Positions 38,317 to 50,805 of a DNA stretch of 64,000 bases are shown in pieces; position 1 is the first letter of the stretch; every line of letters starts with the position of its first letter. Source of the DNA: Macrostomum lignano (taxonomy: Eukaryota); assembly GCA_002269645.1 (NCBI GenBank), contig NIVC01003732.1, positions 15,772 through 79,771 on the forward strand, read 5' to 3'. The notes below the pieces were generated by a model. It did not search any database. It was not told the origin of the DNA and worked only from the letters and a program-made list of their open reading frames with translations. The translations under genes and the position numbers were made by a program.

Positions 38317-40858
38317 CCAGCAGCAGCAGCAGCAGCACCAGCACCAGCACCAGCACCAGCAGCAACTGTTTCTGGCACCATCAACTTCAGCCCATCTTTC
38401 AGAAGAAGACTTTGCTGAGGAAGAGAAGCTTTGCCAGCTGGTTGGCTCAATGCTGGACCAAGCGGCCAGGGTGGAGCAGCAGAGCTGTCTGTACCGGGGT
38501 CAGCGGGCCAACCTCTGGGACGCCGAAGCGATCGCGGCATCGATGTATCCGTTTGTCAACGAATTCGGTGACAGAGTGTTTCGGCTGCAATTTCGAACCG
38601 CGTTTCCCTTTAACCAGCCGGAGATGCTCGAGATGTTTAACCTGCTGTCCGGGAACTTCTCTGTGAGAAGCTTGCATAATTTGGGTCGGTTTTTATTTGT
38701 ATATACTACTGCTTGTCAGTAGCCTTCATATCGTTCGGCGCGTGCGCTCATAAAAATTGTGCGCAAAACAAACTCAACGCGGTGACTCCATGGGTGCTTG
38801 AAATTTCTATCTGTACTTGTGATTTTGTTCCCTTCAATCAGCTTCCTTCATCAAAAATAAGCATCAAATTCAGCTAACAACTCCCGTTCACCCGGCCTGC
38901 AGTCAGGTAGCGACACGGAGCTGCTGCTGCGTCAGGGCCTCAGCGACCTGCGGTCGATCCACCTGCAGATGCGGCTGTTCCTGCACACCGAGGCCGCCCT
39001 TGCCGAGGTTGATGACGCGGCTCTGTCCAGCCTGCTGCTGGCATTCGCCGAGCAGGTGGACCGAGACCTCCGCTCCGTGTCGGCCGGGCCCGGCTGCGGT
39101 CAGTTCCCCAGCTTCTCCAAGTATGCCCGTCGACGAGCCGCGGCGCTGGCGGCTGCGGTTGGTCGCTTCGCCCAGACGGCCGAGCGGAGGCGCCGGCTGG
39201 TGCTTGGCCGGATGCAAGGCCTGGCAACCACCGTCATGGGCTTCGTGGCCTGCAGCCCCAGCGACGGAGTGGCCGATGGCGGCCTACGCAAGGCGGTGGT
39301 CGCCTTGTTCGACGACATGCTGGCCTGCTTTGCGTGCCTCGGCAGCAGCTCCGGAGCGGCTGCTGGAAGCGGCGGCGGTGGAGGCGGCGGCTGCGAGTCC
39401 AGACCGGCCAGTCCGCCACTGCCTGTGGAAAGGCTGAGCTATGACGATGGCGACCACTGCACCAGGGGCTTCGGTCGAGGCGACGCTCCGTCTCTGCAGC
39501 CGCTGCCCTCCCTGATGGAGCCGCATGACGAAGAGGCGCCTTCAATTGAGCCTGTTTCGGAGAACGAAGGCGCTGACGACGAGGACCTCCGCGACCACAG
39601 CTGGGGCGCTCGCGGAGTCGGTGCTGGCGAACACAGCCCTGGAGTGGCCATCGAGTCCGCTAGCGACTCTTTGCTTCAACCAGAAGAGGCCTTTTCGATT
39701 CAGTTCATGGAGCGACTGGAGGGTTTGCTGTCCAGCTTTATGCACAACGAGCGCGTTGACAACCAGGGCTTCAAGACGGCCTTCAATGCGCTGTACGACT
39801 GGTGGCGTCGGTACAGCGGCGACGGCGGCGCGAATCGCAGCTGGGAGCGCCGGGTGACGACCATCAAAGAGAAGTTCGACCGAGCTCAGAAGCTGCGAGC
39901 CGAGAGCAACGGTGTGAAGCGTTTGTACAGCGAGTCGGAGACCACCTGGGATCTCATTGAAGTGGCCAAGCTGATGATGGCCTCCGAGGATCGAACAACT
40001 TTTCTAGTCGAAACGCAGACGGCAGCGGAGCATCGGGAGCCGACGCTGAGCCTCGTAGACTCGACGCTCGCCACGCTGTACCTCTACCAGCTGGCGCAGG
40101 ACGCCAGCGTGCTGTCTACGCGACTGCGCGCCGAAATTCAGCGCCTGATTCACCGGCTGACGGACTGCGGCCCCGTGCCGATGCTCTGCCTGCTGCGCCT
40201 GCGCCTCCTGTACATGCGTGCTCGGCAGTACTCTGACCTGCTGCGCGCTCATCCTCAGGGCTGCCTCATCCTTGAGCTAGCTCAGGTCCATCGAGTGCTT
40301 AACCGAGACGCCTATCCTGACGGTGTCATTACCTGCCCGCTCAACTTGACTTTTTGCGTGCCGCTCAACGACTACAAGAAGTTCTGCCAGCACGTCAAAG
40401 AGCTGCGCGTTCTATCGTTCGAAGCTCGCGCCCCGGTGACGGAGAAAACCGCTACTCTGATGAAGACCAGCAGCCTGAGGAAGATTGAAAGATGCTGTCA
40501 GTGCAGCATCGACGTCCTGCCGCCAGCCGGCTCCGGGGCCGCCTCGGACGCGGCCACCTGCGGCGCCACCGCCAGTTCGCCATCGGCCGAGACCGCCCTG
40601 ACGGCCGGCACCAGACGCAAGCCGCAGCTCATCGTTGGCGGACTTCGCTCAAGCTTCGGCCTGGTGGTTCGGCCGGATCAAAGCCACGGCCGGGCCAATG
40701 CAGCAATGCGGATGATTTGCGACATTGTGGGGCCGGCTGGCATCGGCGACCGAGTGAAGTACCGCAGCTTCCACCTGAGCCTGCTGCTTCCTCACAACTA
40801 CAAACCGCTGCAGGTGTTTGCCGAGACGTCAAGGCCGCTTGCATGTAGCGACTCGTGA
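36864..40858 (+). CDS. 949-aa protein with a low-complexity N-terminus and a degenerate STAR/GSG (QUA1-KH-QUA2)-like C-terminal domain. Exons 36864-37298, 38204-38662, 38903-40858.
   Basis: Three GC-rich open exons joined by phase-0 GT-AG introns (435/459/1956 nt). The C-terminal segments resemble Quaking/GLD-1 as recalled (see finding). The gene model is stronger than the domain call. Confidence 0.78.
37604..37943. mobile_element. Foldback/MITE-like element with about 100-bp inverted arms in intron 1 of the STAR-like gene
   Basis: Left arm CCCCGTACAACAATCCGACGT...ACCGACGTCGTACGACGTCTATGTAACATTACGTGTTTCCTATTGGTCGGACGTCGGG.. matches the reverse complement of about 37832-37943 nearly perfectly apart from one short internal indel. 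Confidence 0.88.
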
Positions 40859-41699
40859 GCCGTCTGTCCGAGTTCCAGCCCGCGTTATTGAACTTTTCCT
40901 ATCATTAATATTATTATTATTATTATTTCGTACCTTTTTCAATTTCGTATTCGCTTCAAAGGTCGACATAGCTAAGTACTACACAAGCAGGATGTCGCAG
41001 AAGTATAACAGTTCAACTTTAAACCGTAACAACATTTTGACCAATACAGTACAGGAGTACAGGCACAAATATTTTTACTATGTTAGCGTACACAAAATAG
41101 TCAACCTCCGAGGCTTCTATTTTTAGTAAAAAGTTACTTTTTACTGTAACCAGGTGCCATGGCTGCCCGCGGCACCATATTTTAGAAAAGTGTATCGTCA
41201 ACTTTTTTTCTCGATATTTTGCTCTACCCGTTAAGCATTTCGAATAGATTTTTTAGTTAAATTTGCTTGTACCAGCTGTCGTTTTGAGTGACACCAGTCA
41301 ATAATAAGCGTGTAAGTCAGCTTACTATAGCTAGCGCGGTTATTATTTAAGTCAAGACTTCTGCTGTCTCATGGTTTCTGGCTCTGTCTTGGGACTGTAA
41401 GGCAGGTATGCGCTAGAACGAAACGGTCTTGCAAACTGCTATGACGCACAGGATAGATTCTATATATTTAGGGGTCGCGCAAGACTGCGACAATCCACCT
41501 AATATATCCGATAGGATGCACATTGCAATGCATTACTAAACGTACACAATCACACTCAAGGGCAAGCAGTGTTACACTTCACAGGACAAAACTCCCCCTA
41601 AATCGAACCAAATTAGTGACTAAAATTCGAGTAGCAAAAATTCGAGTACAAAACATTACAATTCAAACGAAACCACAATATGACTCACACAAAATTGAA

Positions 41700-44650
41700 C
41701 ATTTGCAAATTAAAAGACACGAAAACGGACTTAAAACTGGGCCACATAGAAATCAGGCTGCCTTCTGTCCCTCCCAGACCGCCGAGGCTGGACAGCCTCC
41801 GGCTCCTCGAGCAGCTCCTCCCAGTCCTGCCGCAGGTCACCGTCGCCGTCCGGGGGACTGCAGTCGGGAGACGGAGTCGGCTCAAGCGGCGGGCCCGCCA
41901 GCTACGGCCGCCGCGGGGTGAGACCTTCAGGCGGTTGTGGTGCACCACAGAGCTTGGCCGCCGCCCGGGGCGCTTGAAGATGCGGTAGGTGACGGGCCCC
42001 AGCTTCTTCAGGACTCTGTAGGGCCCCAGCTTCTCCAGGACTCTGTAGGGCCCCAGCTTCTCCAGGACTCTGTAGGGCCCCAGCTTCTCCAGGACTCTGT
42101 AGGGCCCCAGCTTCTCCAGGACTCTGTAGGGCCCCAGCTTCTCCAGGACTCTGTAGGGCCCCAGCTTCTCCAGGACTCTGTAGGGCCCCAGCTTCTCCAG
42201 GACTCTGTAGGGCCCCAGCTTCTCCAGGACTCTGTAGGGCCCCAGCTTCTCCAGGACTCTGTAGGGCCCCAGCTTCTCCAGGACTCTGTAGGGCCCCAGC
42301 TTCTCCAGGACTCTGTAGGGCCCCAGCTTCTCCAGGACTCTGTAGGGCCCCAGCTTCTCCAGGACTCTGTAGGGCCCCAGCTTCTCCAGGACTCTGTAGG
42401 GCCCCAGCTTCTCCAGGACTCTGTAGGGCCCCGCTGTCGCAGCGCCTTGCTCTGGCCCTTCCGCATCGCCGCATTGCTGAGCAGCCCCAGCTAGCCCGCC
42501 CGAAGCGGCGTGAAGTTGGCGCGCTTGTTGCACTGCCGCTTCCTTGATAACTGGGACGCCAACAGGCGCTCGTGCACCAGCTGCACACTGGCCCGCCCTG
42601 CTGCTCTCCGGTGGTGGGCAGACATCGGTATCCGGGGGTCGCGACTGTGCAGCACTGCGTACGGCGACAGATTCGGGGTGCTGTGGACACGGACAAGTTG
42701 TTGCCCAGATGACGAACGGCAGGCAGTGCGCCCAACGATCTTGCTGCTCCGTGCAGTAGGCAGCCAGCATGTCACCGAGCGTACGGTTGAACCGCTCGAC
42801 CACCGGCTTGCCGCTCGGGTGGAACGGTGTCATCCTGGTCTAGCGAATGTCCAGCAGGAGGTACAACTCGCAGAAAACCTCGCTCTCGAACTGGCGGCCT
42901 TTGTCGGAGTTGATGACCACCGGTGACCCATGCCGCAGAGTGACGCTGAGCAGCAGCGCCTGGGCCACAGTCTTCACTACGATTTTGCTGACTGGGACCG
43001 CCTTGACCCACGTGGAAAACACATCAGTGAAGCAGATGATGTACTTGAGGCCGGTATCTGTGGCTGGCAGGGGCCCCTTGATGTCCACCTGCACGATCTC
43101 TCAGAGCAGTGACTGCATTGAGTTGCCTGCAGCGGCGCCCGCTGATGCTGATGAGGCACCTTGCGATGCTGGCAGTTCTCGCAGCTGCTCACCCAGTGCT
43201 GCACGTCCTCCTTGATGCTCGGCCACCAGCCCTTGTTGTCGATCCTTGACAGAATGCGCTCGGGCCCGAGGTGTCCGCTCGCTGGGTCATCGTGCGCCAG
43301 CCTGAGCAGCTCCTTACGGAGCTGCAACGGAATGACAGGCTCGCCGCAGCGCCTGATGATGCCGCAGATGCCGCCGTCGTCGATCTTCAGCCGCTCAGCA
43401 GCCATGATGCCTGCTGCCTCGACCGCTGGCCTGCCTTGCCGCGGTGTCTGCCCTGTTAGGAGCTTCCGAATGGCCTTCTGTGCGTCAAGGATGTCGCTAG
43501 TGGTTCAGGCAGGCGCCATCCGAATCGCCGCTGCCCTGCTCAGCGCATCCGAAACGAACTTATAGTCCTCACCAGGTCGGTAAAGTAGCTTGAAGTTTAC
43601 TTCCTAGAGGCTGGTGATCCATCGGGCAAGACGGCCTTCAGGCTCCTTGGTGTTCAGCAGACCCTGCAGCGGCTTGTGATCAGTAAAGACCAACACGCCG
43701 CTCGCCGAGGCCAGGTAGTTTCGAAAGTGCTTCATCGCCCACACGATCGCCAGCAGCTCCCTGTGAGTCGTTGAATTGTTGCGCTCGGCTTTGTTAAGCA
43801 CTCTCGAGGCGTAGGCGACTGGGCACTCAACACGTTCGTGGAGCTCACTAAGGACGCCAGCGATGGCGACGCCGCTGCTGTCGCAGGTCAGCTGGAACTC
43901 TTTGGAGAAATCAGGCAGCCCGATGAGAAAGTCAGCGCTGCTTTCAGCTTCTGCAGGGCTCGCTCGCACTCCGTCAAGAAGAACCGCCATCCCTTTTGAG
44001 TGGCCTGGTGGAGCGGGCTGGCGATTCTGGCGAAGTGCGGGACGAACCGGCGATAGAACCCCAGCATGTCGACCAGCCGGCGGCCGTCCTCTGCGCAGTT
44101 TTTGTCGGGGTGGCCTTTATTGCGCTTATTGCCTAAGTCGGACGGATGCTGAAATCACATGACCTAAGTATTCGACTTCCCTAAGTAGCAGAAGCAGCTC
44201 TTGCACTTGTTGAGCTTGAGACCGGCCGACTGGAGCCTCTCCAGGACTTTCTCGAGCGTCTTTACATGGCTGTCGAACGTCGAGCTGAACAGGATCAGAT
44301 CGTCCATGTAGGTGAGCACCTCCGTCCAGTTCATGCCGCACATTTTCAGGTCCATGAGACGCTGGAAGGTTGCCGGCGTGTTGCATAATCCGAACCCCAG
44401 CTTTTTGTACTGCATCAGGCCCTGGGTGCTGTAGAAAGCGGTCTTCTCGCGGTCCTGCTCCCTGATCTCCACCTGAAGATCCAGCGTGCTGAACCAGCTA
44501 CTCCCCGTCAGCGCGTCCAAGGCAGTACGGATGCGGACGTCGTTGTTTTTCTCACGAACAACAAGGAGGTTGCTCACCCACGGGCTGCACGACGGCTCGA
44601 TAATGCCGTGACGCCGCATCTCGCTGATCTTGTCGTCGTCCACCTGCGGC
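41700..44650 (-). mobile_element. Decayed Gypsy (Ty3) pol: RT, RNase H, integrase
   Basis: RT with PSCSPWVS, WFSTLDL, KTAFYST and YMDD; RNase H LTCDSSG..VAYASR..ELLAIVWA..FTDHKPL; integrase HDDPASGHLG..CENCQ, QVDIKGPLP, NSDKGRQFES, VERFNRTL. Multiple frameshifts and deletions. Confidence 0.93.
41994..42432 (-). repeat. 27-bp in-frame tandem repeat (about 16 copies) encoding GPYRVLEKL inside the integrase C-terminus
   Basis: Direct reading; followed by the native GPVTYRI. Confidence 0.95.
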
Positions 44651-45194
44651 CGAAAGCTGAGAGGGACCTCAGTTTAGTAATGTATTGCAATGTACGAGCT
44701 ACATTCTATCGGATATATGAGGTGGGGTTGTCGCAGTCTATTATTAATCCTGGGCGTCTTAGCAGTTTGAAAGACCGTTTCGTTCTAGCGCAAATCTGCC
44801 ATACATTGGTGGCAGCGGTGAATCAGTCAGTCAGTCAGTCAGCCTAGTTTTGCTAAATCATCGACAAGCAACTCAGCGCACTCTTACCTTCTAAGTTCTC
44901 TGGCTCTGCAGATTCAGTCATCCATACCGTAACGCACAATGAATTAAAACCACCAAGTAAAATTTTTGCCATATAGCTACTGGTCTTTAAGATAAATTCA
45001 AGGACTAAATTGGAAGTAAAGCTTGTAGGAATATTAATTTTTGTTATTTGTATAGTATTTTTGTTCAATTTCCTAAGTTCAAAACCTAAAAAGTTTTAGG
45101 TTTAACATTGAAATAAGACCATAGATAAATACTAGGGAAATAAGTAAAGCAATCGTCACTGATACCAAACTATCTACTCTAATACTTTGTAGCA

Positions 45195-46201
45195 TGTCTT
45201 TTTGACTTAATCACAGCATTACACCGCCTGTCCACCAGCTTCTGGCACACTTCTGCCACGATGGAAGCCCACGAGTCCTCAATGATACGGTACAGCTGAC
45301 CAAGGGAAGCTGGCTGCTGCCTCTGGATGTCCCGCTCGACCCAGTTTCACAGATTCTCAATCGGATTGAGGTCTGGTGACTGCGCTGGCCAGTCCATAGT
45401 GTGGATGTTGTTATCAGCAAGCCAATACCTTCAAAATCTTTGAGGTGTGCTTGGGATCGTTGTCCTGCTGAAACTGTCATCTGCTGCCTCTGGTAGGTGG
45501 CTGCTGAGGATGTCACGGTACTTCTACCTGTCCATGACGCCCTCAATGCGAGTTATTGGCCCAGGTCCAGATCTGGAGAACGCAGCCCACACCATGACAT
45601 TGCCACCTCCATGCTTTATGGTACCGACAGTGCACCTGGGATCGAATTTCTCACTAACTTGGCGGCGCACATACCGGCAGCCATCAGAACCATGCAGTGC
45701 GGAAAAATTTGCTCTCGTCACTCCAGTTGGTCTTGGCCCAGTCCTGGGGTGCCCAGCTTGCATGTTGCTTCGCCTAGTTCCAGCGCCGCTTCCGGTTTTT
45801 GTCGGAGATAAATGGCATCTTCCTAGCAATGTGGCCATGTAGTCCGGCAGCTACCAAACGGTGGCGGACAGTCATGTGGTGCAGCAGGACACCTCTGGAC
45901 ACCAGAAGTCACGGCTGATGTCCACAGCGGTGAGCCGACGGTTAGACTCGGGCATTCGCACAATGCGGCGATCCAGTCGGTGGTCTGCAGTTTTCGGTGC
46001 CCTGCCAAGTCTTGGGGCACAGCCTGTGCTGCCAGTGCTGCTGAAGGGCTTGAGGGCTTGCTGGACGGACGTTTTCGACTTTCTCAGCTGCGTGGCTACG
46101 GCACGCTGGGAAACTCCTTGGTCGAACAGGACCTTGATTTTCCTACACGACTCAGGCGATGGAGCTCTGCCTTTCCCCATTCTAGGAGAGTTCGGGATCA
46201 T
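45195..46201 (-). pseudogene. Tc1-family DDE transposase pseudogene
   Basis: N-terminal HTH-like region (GVSQRAVATQL..RLGRAPKT..DRRIVR), TIKHGGGNVMVWAAF, FQQDNDPKHT and WPAQSPDLNPIENLW in shifting frames. TIRs not identified. Confidence 0.9.
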
Positions 46202-46499
46202 TTTGGCTTGGAGTAGTATTTAATTAGATGTTGTGGACTTTCAGAATCAGCAGGGACACTTATAACACCCTATAGCCCAATTAATTAAGTGGTCTTATTA
46301 ATGTGTGACTTATCGAATCCGAAAGTGAGACAAGGGACTCCAATTAAGCACACTCAATCGCGCGTAATGACCAAACAAAGCACTAATTTAATTGATTGAT
46401 ACCATGGTTATCTATATCTGATTAGATCAAAATGCTCCCACAATCTGTGTAGGTTATGAAGTTAAAAGTTCGAATTTGTGTTAGTTGGTCTTAATTCAT

Positions 46500-47160
46500 T
46501 GTGCGCCACTGTATGTGGCTGCAGATGTTCGAAGATTTCGCCAACGATTCTGAATGGAATGACAGCAAACGCACTGAAGCTGCTGTACCGTAAGGCACGC
46601 CCGGACCACAGCCAGCAAGTGAGAGACTGCGAGGTGCGTCACCGGCTACTGGCGTTGCTGCCCAAGGACATCAGGGAATCGCTGCTGAAGCAATCTGACT
46701 GCAACACTATCAGTCCTGAGACGGTGGCTGACCGCGCCAAAGCGCTGGAGAGCATCAATGGCAACAGGGGAGCGACGGCCAGCGTAGCAGCGACCACAGC
46801 GAGCAACCCGATGGACCATCGGTATGCGGCGGACAACAGGGCGGAGGAAGAGGCAGCGCTCGAGGAAGAGGTGGCCGCGGCAGGTGCTTCAACTGCTCAA
46901 TGCCTGGCTACTTTGCCGCCCAATGCCCAGGCCGACAGTCTGCTCCAGCGCCCCAGATCACCTGCTACCGCTGCTCGGGCAGAGGGCACCGAGCCGAAGG
47001 CCTGTCCAACTCCGGCTTCGGAAAACTGCTGAGGACTGGTGACCGTGGGCCATCATTATCCCTGCTCAGCAAGGCCCGACCTGCATGACTCCATCTTCCT
47101 TCCCGCCAGCATCGCCGACCAGTCGTGTCGGTGGCTGTTCGACACAATAGGTACCAAAGA
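46500..47160 (+). mobile_element. Decayed retrotransposon gag-protease fragment, opposite in orientation to the Gypsy pol
   Basis: Gag-like RHRLLALLPKDIRESLL, knuckle CYRCSGRGHRA (last Cys frameshifted) and protease-like CRWLFDT. Confidence 0.6.
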
Positions 47161-48397
47161 CAACCATTTGGCACCAGAGACACCCACTGGACACCAATTG
47201 TTTCTCACCAAGGCTCAATTGCAATTAGAATTTCATTTCTACCCAAACGGTCTCAGACTTTCGCATAATTGCCAGGATTAATTTGAAATTCAGTGTTAAG
47301 TGGCAATAGTTTTTTAACGTTCATTAATAAAATATTCATAAATATTTCCACAGCGACTCAACGCTTAACTGTTAAAATAATAACAACACGTTTATTTTTA
47401 GAAAAAGAGTCAGAAAGCTCTTACCATAGCATACGTCTATCATGAATATGAAATGTAAGCAATATGAGTAATGTTACACAAAAACTTTCTTTGAGATTCA
47501 AATTTTATAGTTTTAAAAGTTGAGTTAGCTAGCTAGGTATACATGCATATATAGGTAACTTAAAAATTAATACTTTATAAGTACTGAATGAATCTTCAAA
47601 AGCGGCAGCTGAAAAATGTACTTTAAAACTCTTTAGTTTTGTTATAATTTCTCATTTTCAGACAGGCTGGCTGATTAATACTAAGAAGATTTTGAAACAA
47701 AATATAAATTATGACAAGAAAATTTAAAATGTAACGCAATCAAATTTTACTTAGAATTTGTGTTAAAACATTGATTGAATTTTACTCTCGATGCTGTTGT
47801 AGGCTCAAATTGATCAGCATCTCTGCACTAAATTATGTGGCTAACATGTTTTCATTTTCACTAATTTTTGAAAAAAAATAAACAGGTCGCACGGGGAAAA
47901 CATTTTAAGGAAATTTTCCAGAAAAATAAGTTGTCAAACACGGGTAAAGGTTTGAATTGGCGAAAAAGTTCCCGAAAGATAGCGCATATTTCTACCAATT
48001 CTAACAAATTTCAATTTCAGTATGATGAGTCATGGCAATATATCTTAAATATATCTTTATTGAAAAACCTAAAGATAGTAATATTCTCAAGAGATCACGA
48101 AATTTAAACAAAATTTTGACAATTTATGTAAAGCTTTGAGGCATCGAATTGCAAAAAAACATCAACTTTTGCCTTGTTGTACCAACCGCGATAGTGAACC
48201 CACAAGTCGTGCCCCAGTCCGCTGACTCGCGAGTTATCTACTCATATTTTTTATTAATGACTTATTATTAATATTAATATTAATATTAATTAATATTAAT
48301 TAGTTTATATAATATTAATAATAATAATCGTTAAATTAATTATTAATTAGAATTAATATTATTTATTTATGATTAATGACTTCGATTTAATATAGTG

Positions 48398-49720
48398 TTA
48401 CAACGCCTCCGATACCTCCTCGAACCAACTATCGTATCTGGCATTCTCTTTCTGCTGCTGCAGCTCTTGCTGCTCCTGCTCCTGCTGCTGCTGCGGGTCA
48501 CCCTCTGTCTCGGAGTCTCTCCCACTGACCCCCGGTGTCGAAGCCCTGCTCCGCCTGGTGTCCCGCAACTCCATGGCCACCTCGTAGCGATCCGCCTCCC
48601 TGCCGCCGATAGTCGACGCCATCGTCAAGTTGTCGTACTGACCGACGTCCTGCTCGCATACGTCGAAACTTTCGTCGCCAATCTGAGTCTCAATTTGACG
48701 AGGCGAAACAACCACGGAGGATTTCGTTGAAGTGGACGGCTTGAAGGTTGTCAACTGGGCCGTGACGGTTGGTCGCAACGGCGGGTGCTGCGGATGATCG
48801 TGATGCTGCTCCATGTTCCATTTCCGGCTGAGGAACTCCAGAAACTGGCTGGCGGTGTGCCGCATCTCCGTTCCCGGAGGCTGAGAGCGAACTATTGACG
48901 CAGTTTGCACTGTTGGCTCAAGAACGTCGACATTGATGTACAGCGGATCAGCGACGCTGGACAGTCTCGGTTCAACTGGCTTCTTCTGCGTCTCCGGCCT
49001 CTGCAGAGGCGCGTCGATCACAGTTTTGCCCTTCGGTATGGTCGACGGTTGCGGCCGCGGCTGCTTGCGAGTTTCCCGACGATGCTCTGTGGCTGTGCGC
49101 CGGAACCAGGCGAAGTGACAGACGACGATCGTTACTACTAGTAGTGCGGCCGCCATTAACGACAAGATTAGGGCCACGATTATCATCGGAGCGAAGGGAA
49201 CGGTTGATGAGGCCGCCTGGGCTGATGCTGGAATTCAAGGATAGTATAGTAGATTTAGTAGACTATTAGTATCAGGTGAGACTGTGTGGGTGACTGGTAG
49301 GTGTCATTGGGGTAGAGTAGCGTCAAGAGGCAGAGTAGACAGTAGAGTAGTATCAGGGGGGAGGCTATCTAGCAAGTAGAGTAGTGTCAAGCAGGAGGCA
49401 GAGTAGGCAGTAGAGTAGTGTCAGGGTGGAGGTAGAGTAGGCAGTAGAGTAGTGTCAGGGTGGAGGTACAGTAGGCAGTAGAGTAGTGTCAGAGTGGAGG
49501 TAGAGTAGGCAGTAGAGTAGTGTCAGGGTGGAGGTAGAGTAGGCAGTAGAGTAGTTTCAGGTGGATGTAGAGTAGGCAGTAGAGTAGTGTCAGGGTGGAG
49601 GTAGAGTAGGCAGTAGAGTAGTGTCAAACGAAATCAGTACAAGTGGTGTAAACAAACGAACTCGTTCGCACCTGGGCAGACCAGCAGAAGCAGCAGATTA
49701 GCAATTAGTTGCGGCAACAT
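48398..49720 (-). CDS. 292-aa type I single-pass membrane protein with a very short ectodomain and a tyrosine-motif cytoplasmic tail. Exons 49720-49672, 49227-48398.
   Basis: Exon 1 MLPQLIANLLLLLVCP-G|gtgcga splices in phase 1 to ttccag|CA TCA GCC, giving ASAQAASSTVPFAP, then TM MIIVALILSLMAAALLVVTIVVC, a basic stop-transfer FRR and a tail of about 240 aa. Confidence 0.75.
49300..49625. repeat. 34-bp minisatellite (GTAGAGTAGGCAGTAGAGTAGTGTCAGGGTGGAG) in the intron of the TM gene
   Basis: Direct reading. Confidence 0.92.
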
Positions 49721-50115
49721 TTCCGATATAGCTAAATGAAAATTAAATTATAATCTATTTCTGTGCAACAGTCGGTACAATTTAATTCTATCGTTTTCTT
49801 ATTCCTTATGACCTTAAGCAGCCGCAGAGGGTGCGCCAACCACCTTGCCTTGTAGTCGAATAGTTTGCCTTCCTTTTTTCTGTCTGTCTCTCTCTCTTTT
49901 AAGAAAAGAGAATGAGATGAAAAAATTTCAGGGTAGCTGCGGCAGTGGTGGATTAGAAGTTGTAGCAAGAGAAACTCCTGCACTGAATCGCCTTCTGACG
50001 AAGTGCTTTATTGGGCATTGTGTACGACATCATCTACCTAATACTGCGCAGAACAGTGGGTTCTTCATTCGGTAGTGCAGTAGCCAGGCGTGAGGGCAGC
50101 ATCGGGGCCGTTGAG

Positions 50116-50805
50116 CAGTGGCGTTCTCAGAGTGGAGGCGCAGGGAGAGGGGGGGTCGCGACCACCCCAATCGCCCCCACAAAAAGCTAAATGAAAGAGG
50201 CAAACCAAAGCAAGCGCTCGACCAAAGTGACAGGAGCTCCAAATTTTGCCACCTTTTTTACGTGGCATGCAGCAGCTTAGGTACCGACCACCTAGGGACA
50301 GGGGCGCCCACCCAGAGACAGGGTTGTCCCCCAAGAGACAGGGCGCCTACCAAAAGACAGGGTTGTCCCCCAAGAGACAGGGTTGTCCCCCAAGAGACAG
50401 GGTTATCCACCAAGAGACAGGGTTATCCACCAAGAGACAGGGTTATCCACCAAGAGACAGGGTTGTCCCCCAAGAGACAGGGTTATCCACCAAGAGACAG
50501 GGTTGTCCCCAAGAGACAGGGTTATCCACTAAGAGACAGGGTTGTCCCCCAGAGACAGGGTTATCCATTAAGAGACGGGTTGTCCCCCAAAAGACAGGGT
50601 TGTCCACCAAGAGACAGGGTTGTCCACCAAGAGACAGGGTTGTCCACCAAGAGGGAGGGTTGTACACCAAGAGACAGGAGCGCCCACCAAGAGATATCAA
50701 CCAAAAGACAGCTAGGAGCGCCCGCCCTATAAGATAGAGGCACCAACCAAGACACCAAATATAGTCGGCCCCTCTTATTGAAACTCTTGCATGCTTACGC
50801 CACTT
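50116..50805. mobile_element. hAT-like MITE carrying an internal 20-bp minisatellite (CAAGAGACAGGGTTGTCCAC, about 50290-50720)
   Basis: Ends CAGTGGCGT...ACGCCACT(T); 8-bp flanks CCGTTGAG and CAGTTGAG (7/8 match). An 8-bp TSD is typical of hAT. Confidence 0.65.

Noticed and set aside
41300-41750. 3' LTR of the Gypsy pol paired with a 5' LTR near 47.2 kb
   Set aside because: No extended sequence match between the two regions (only AAACGGTCT) and no TSD.
44660-46480. Tc1 terminal inverted repeats
   Set aside because: I could not find a matching pair with TA target sites by eye.
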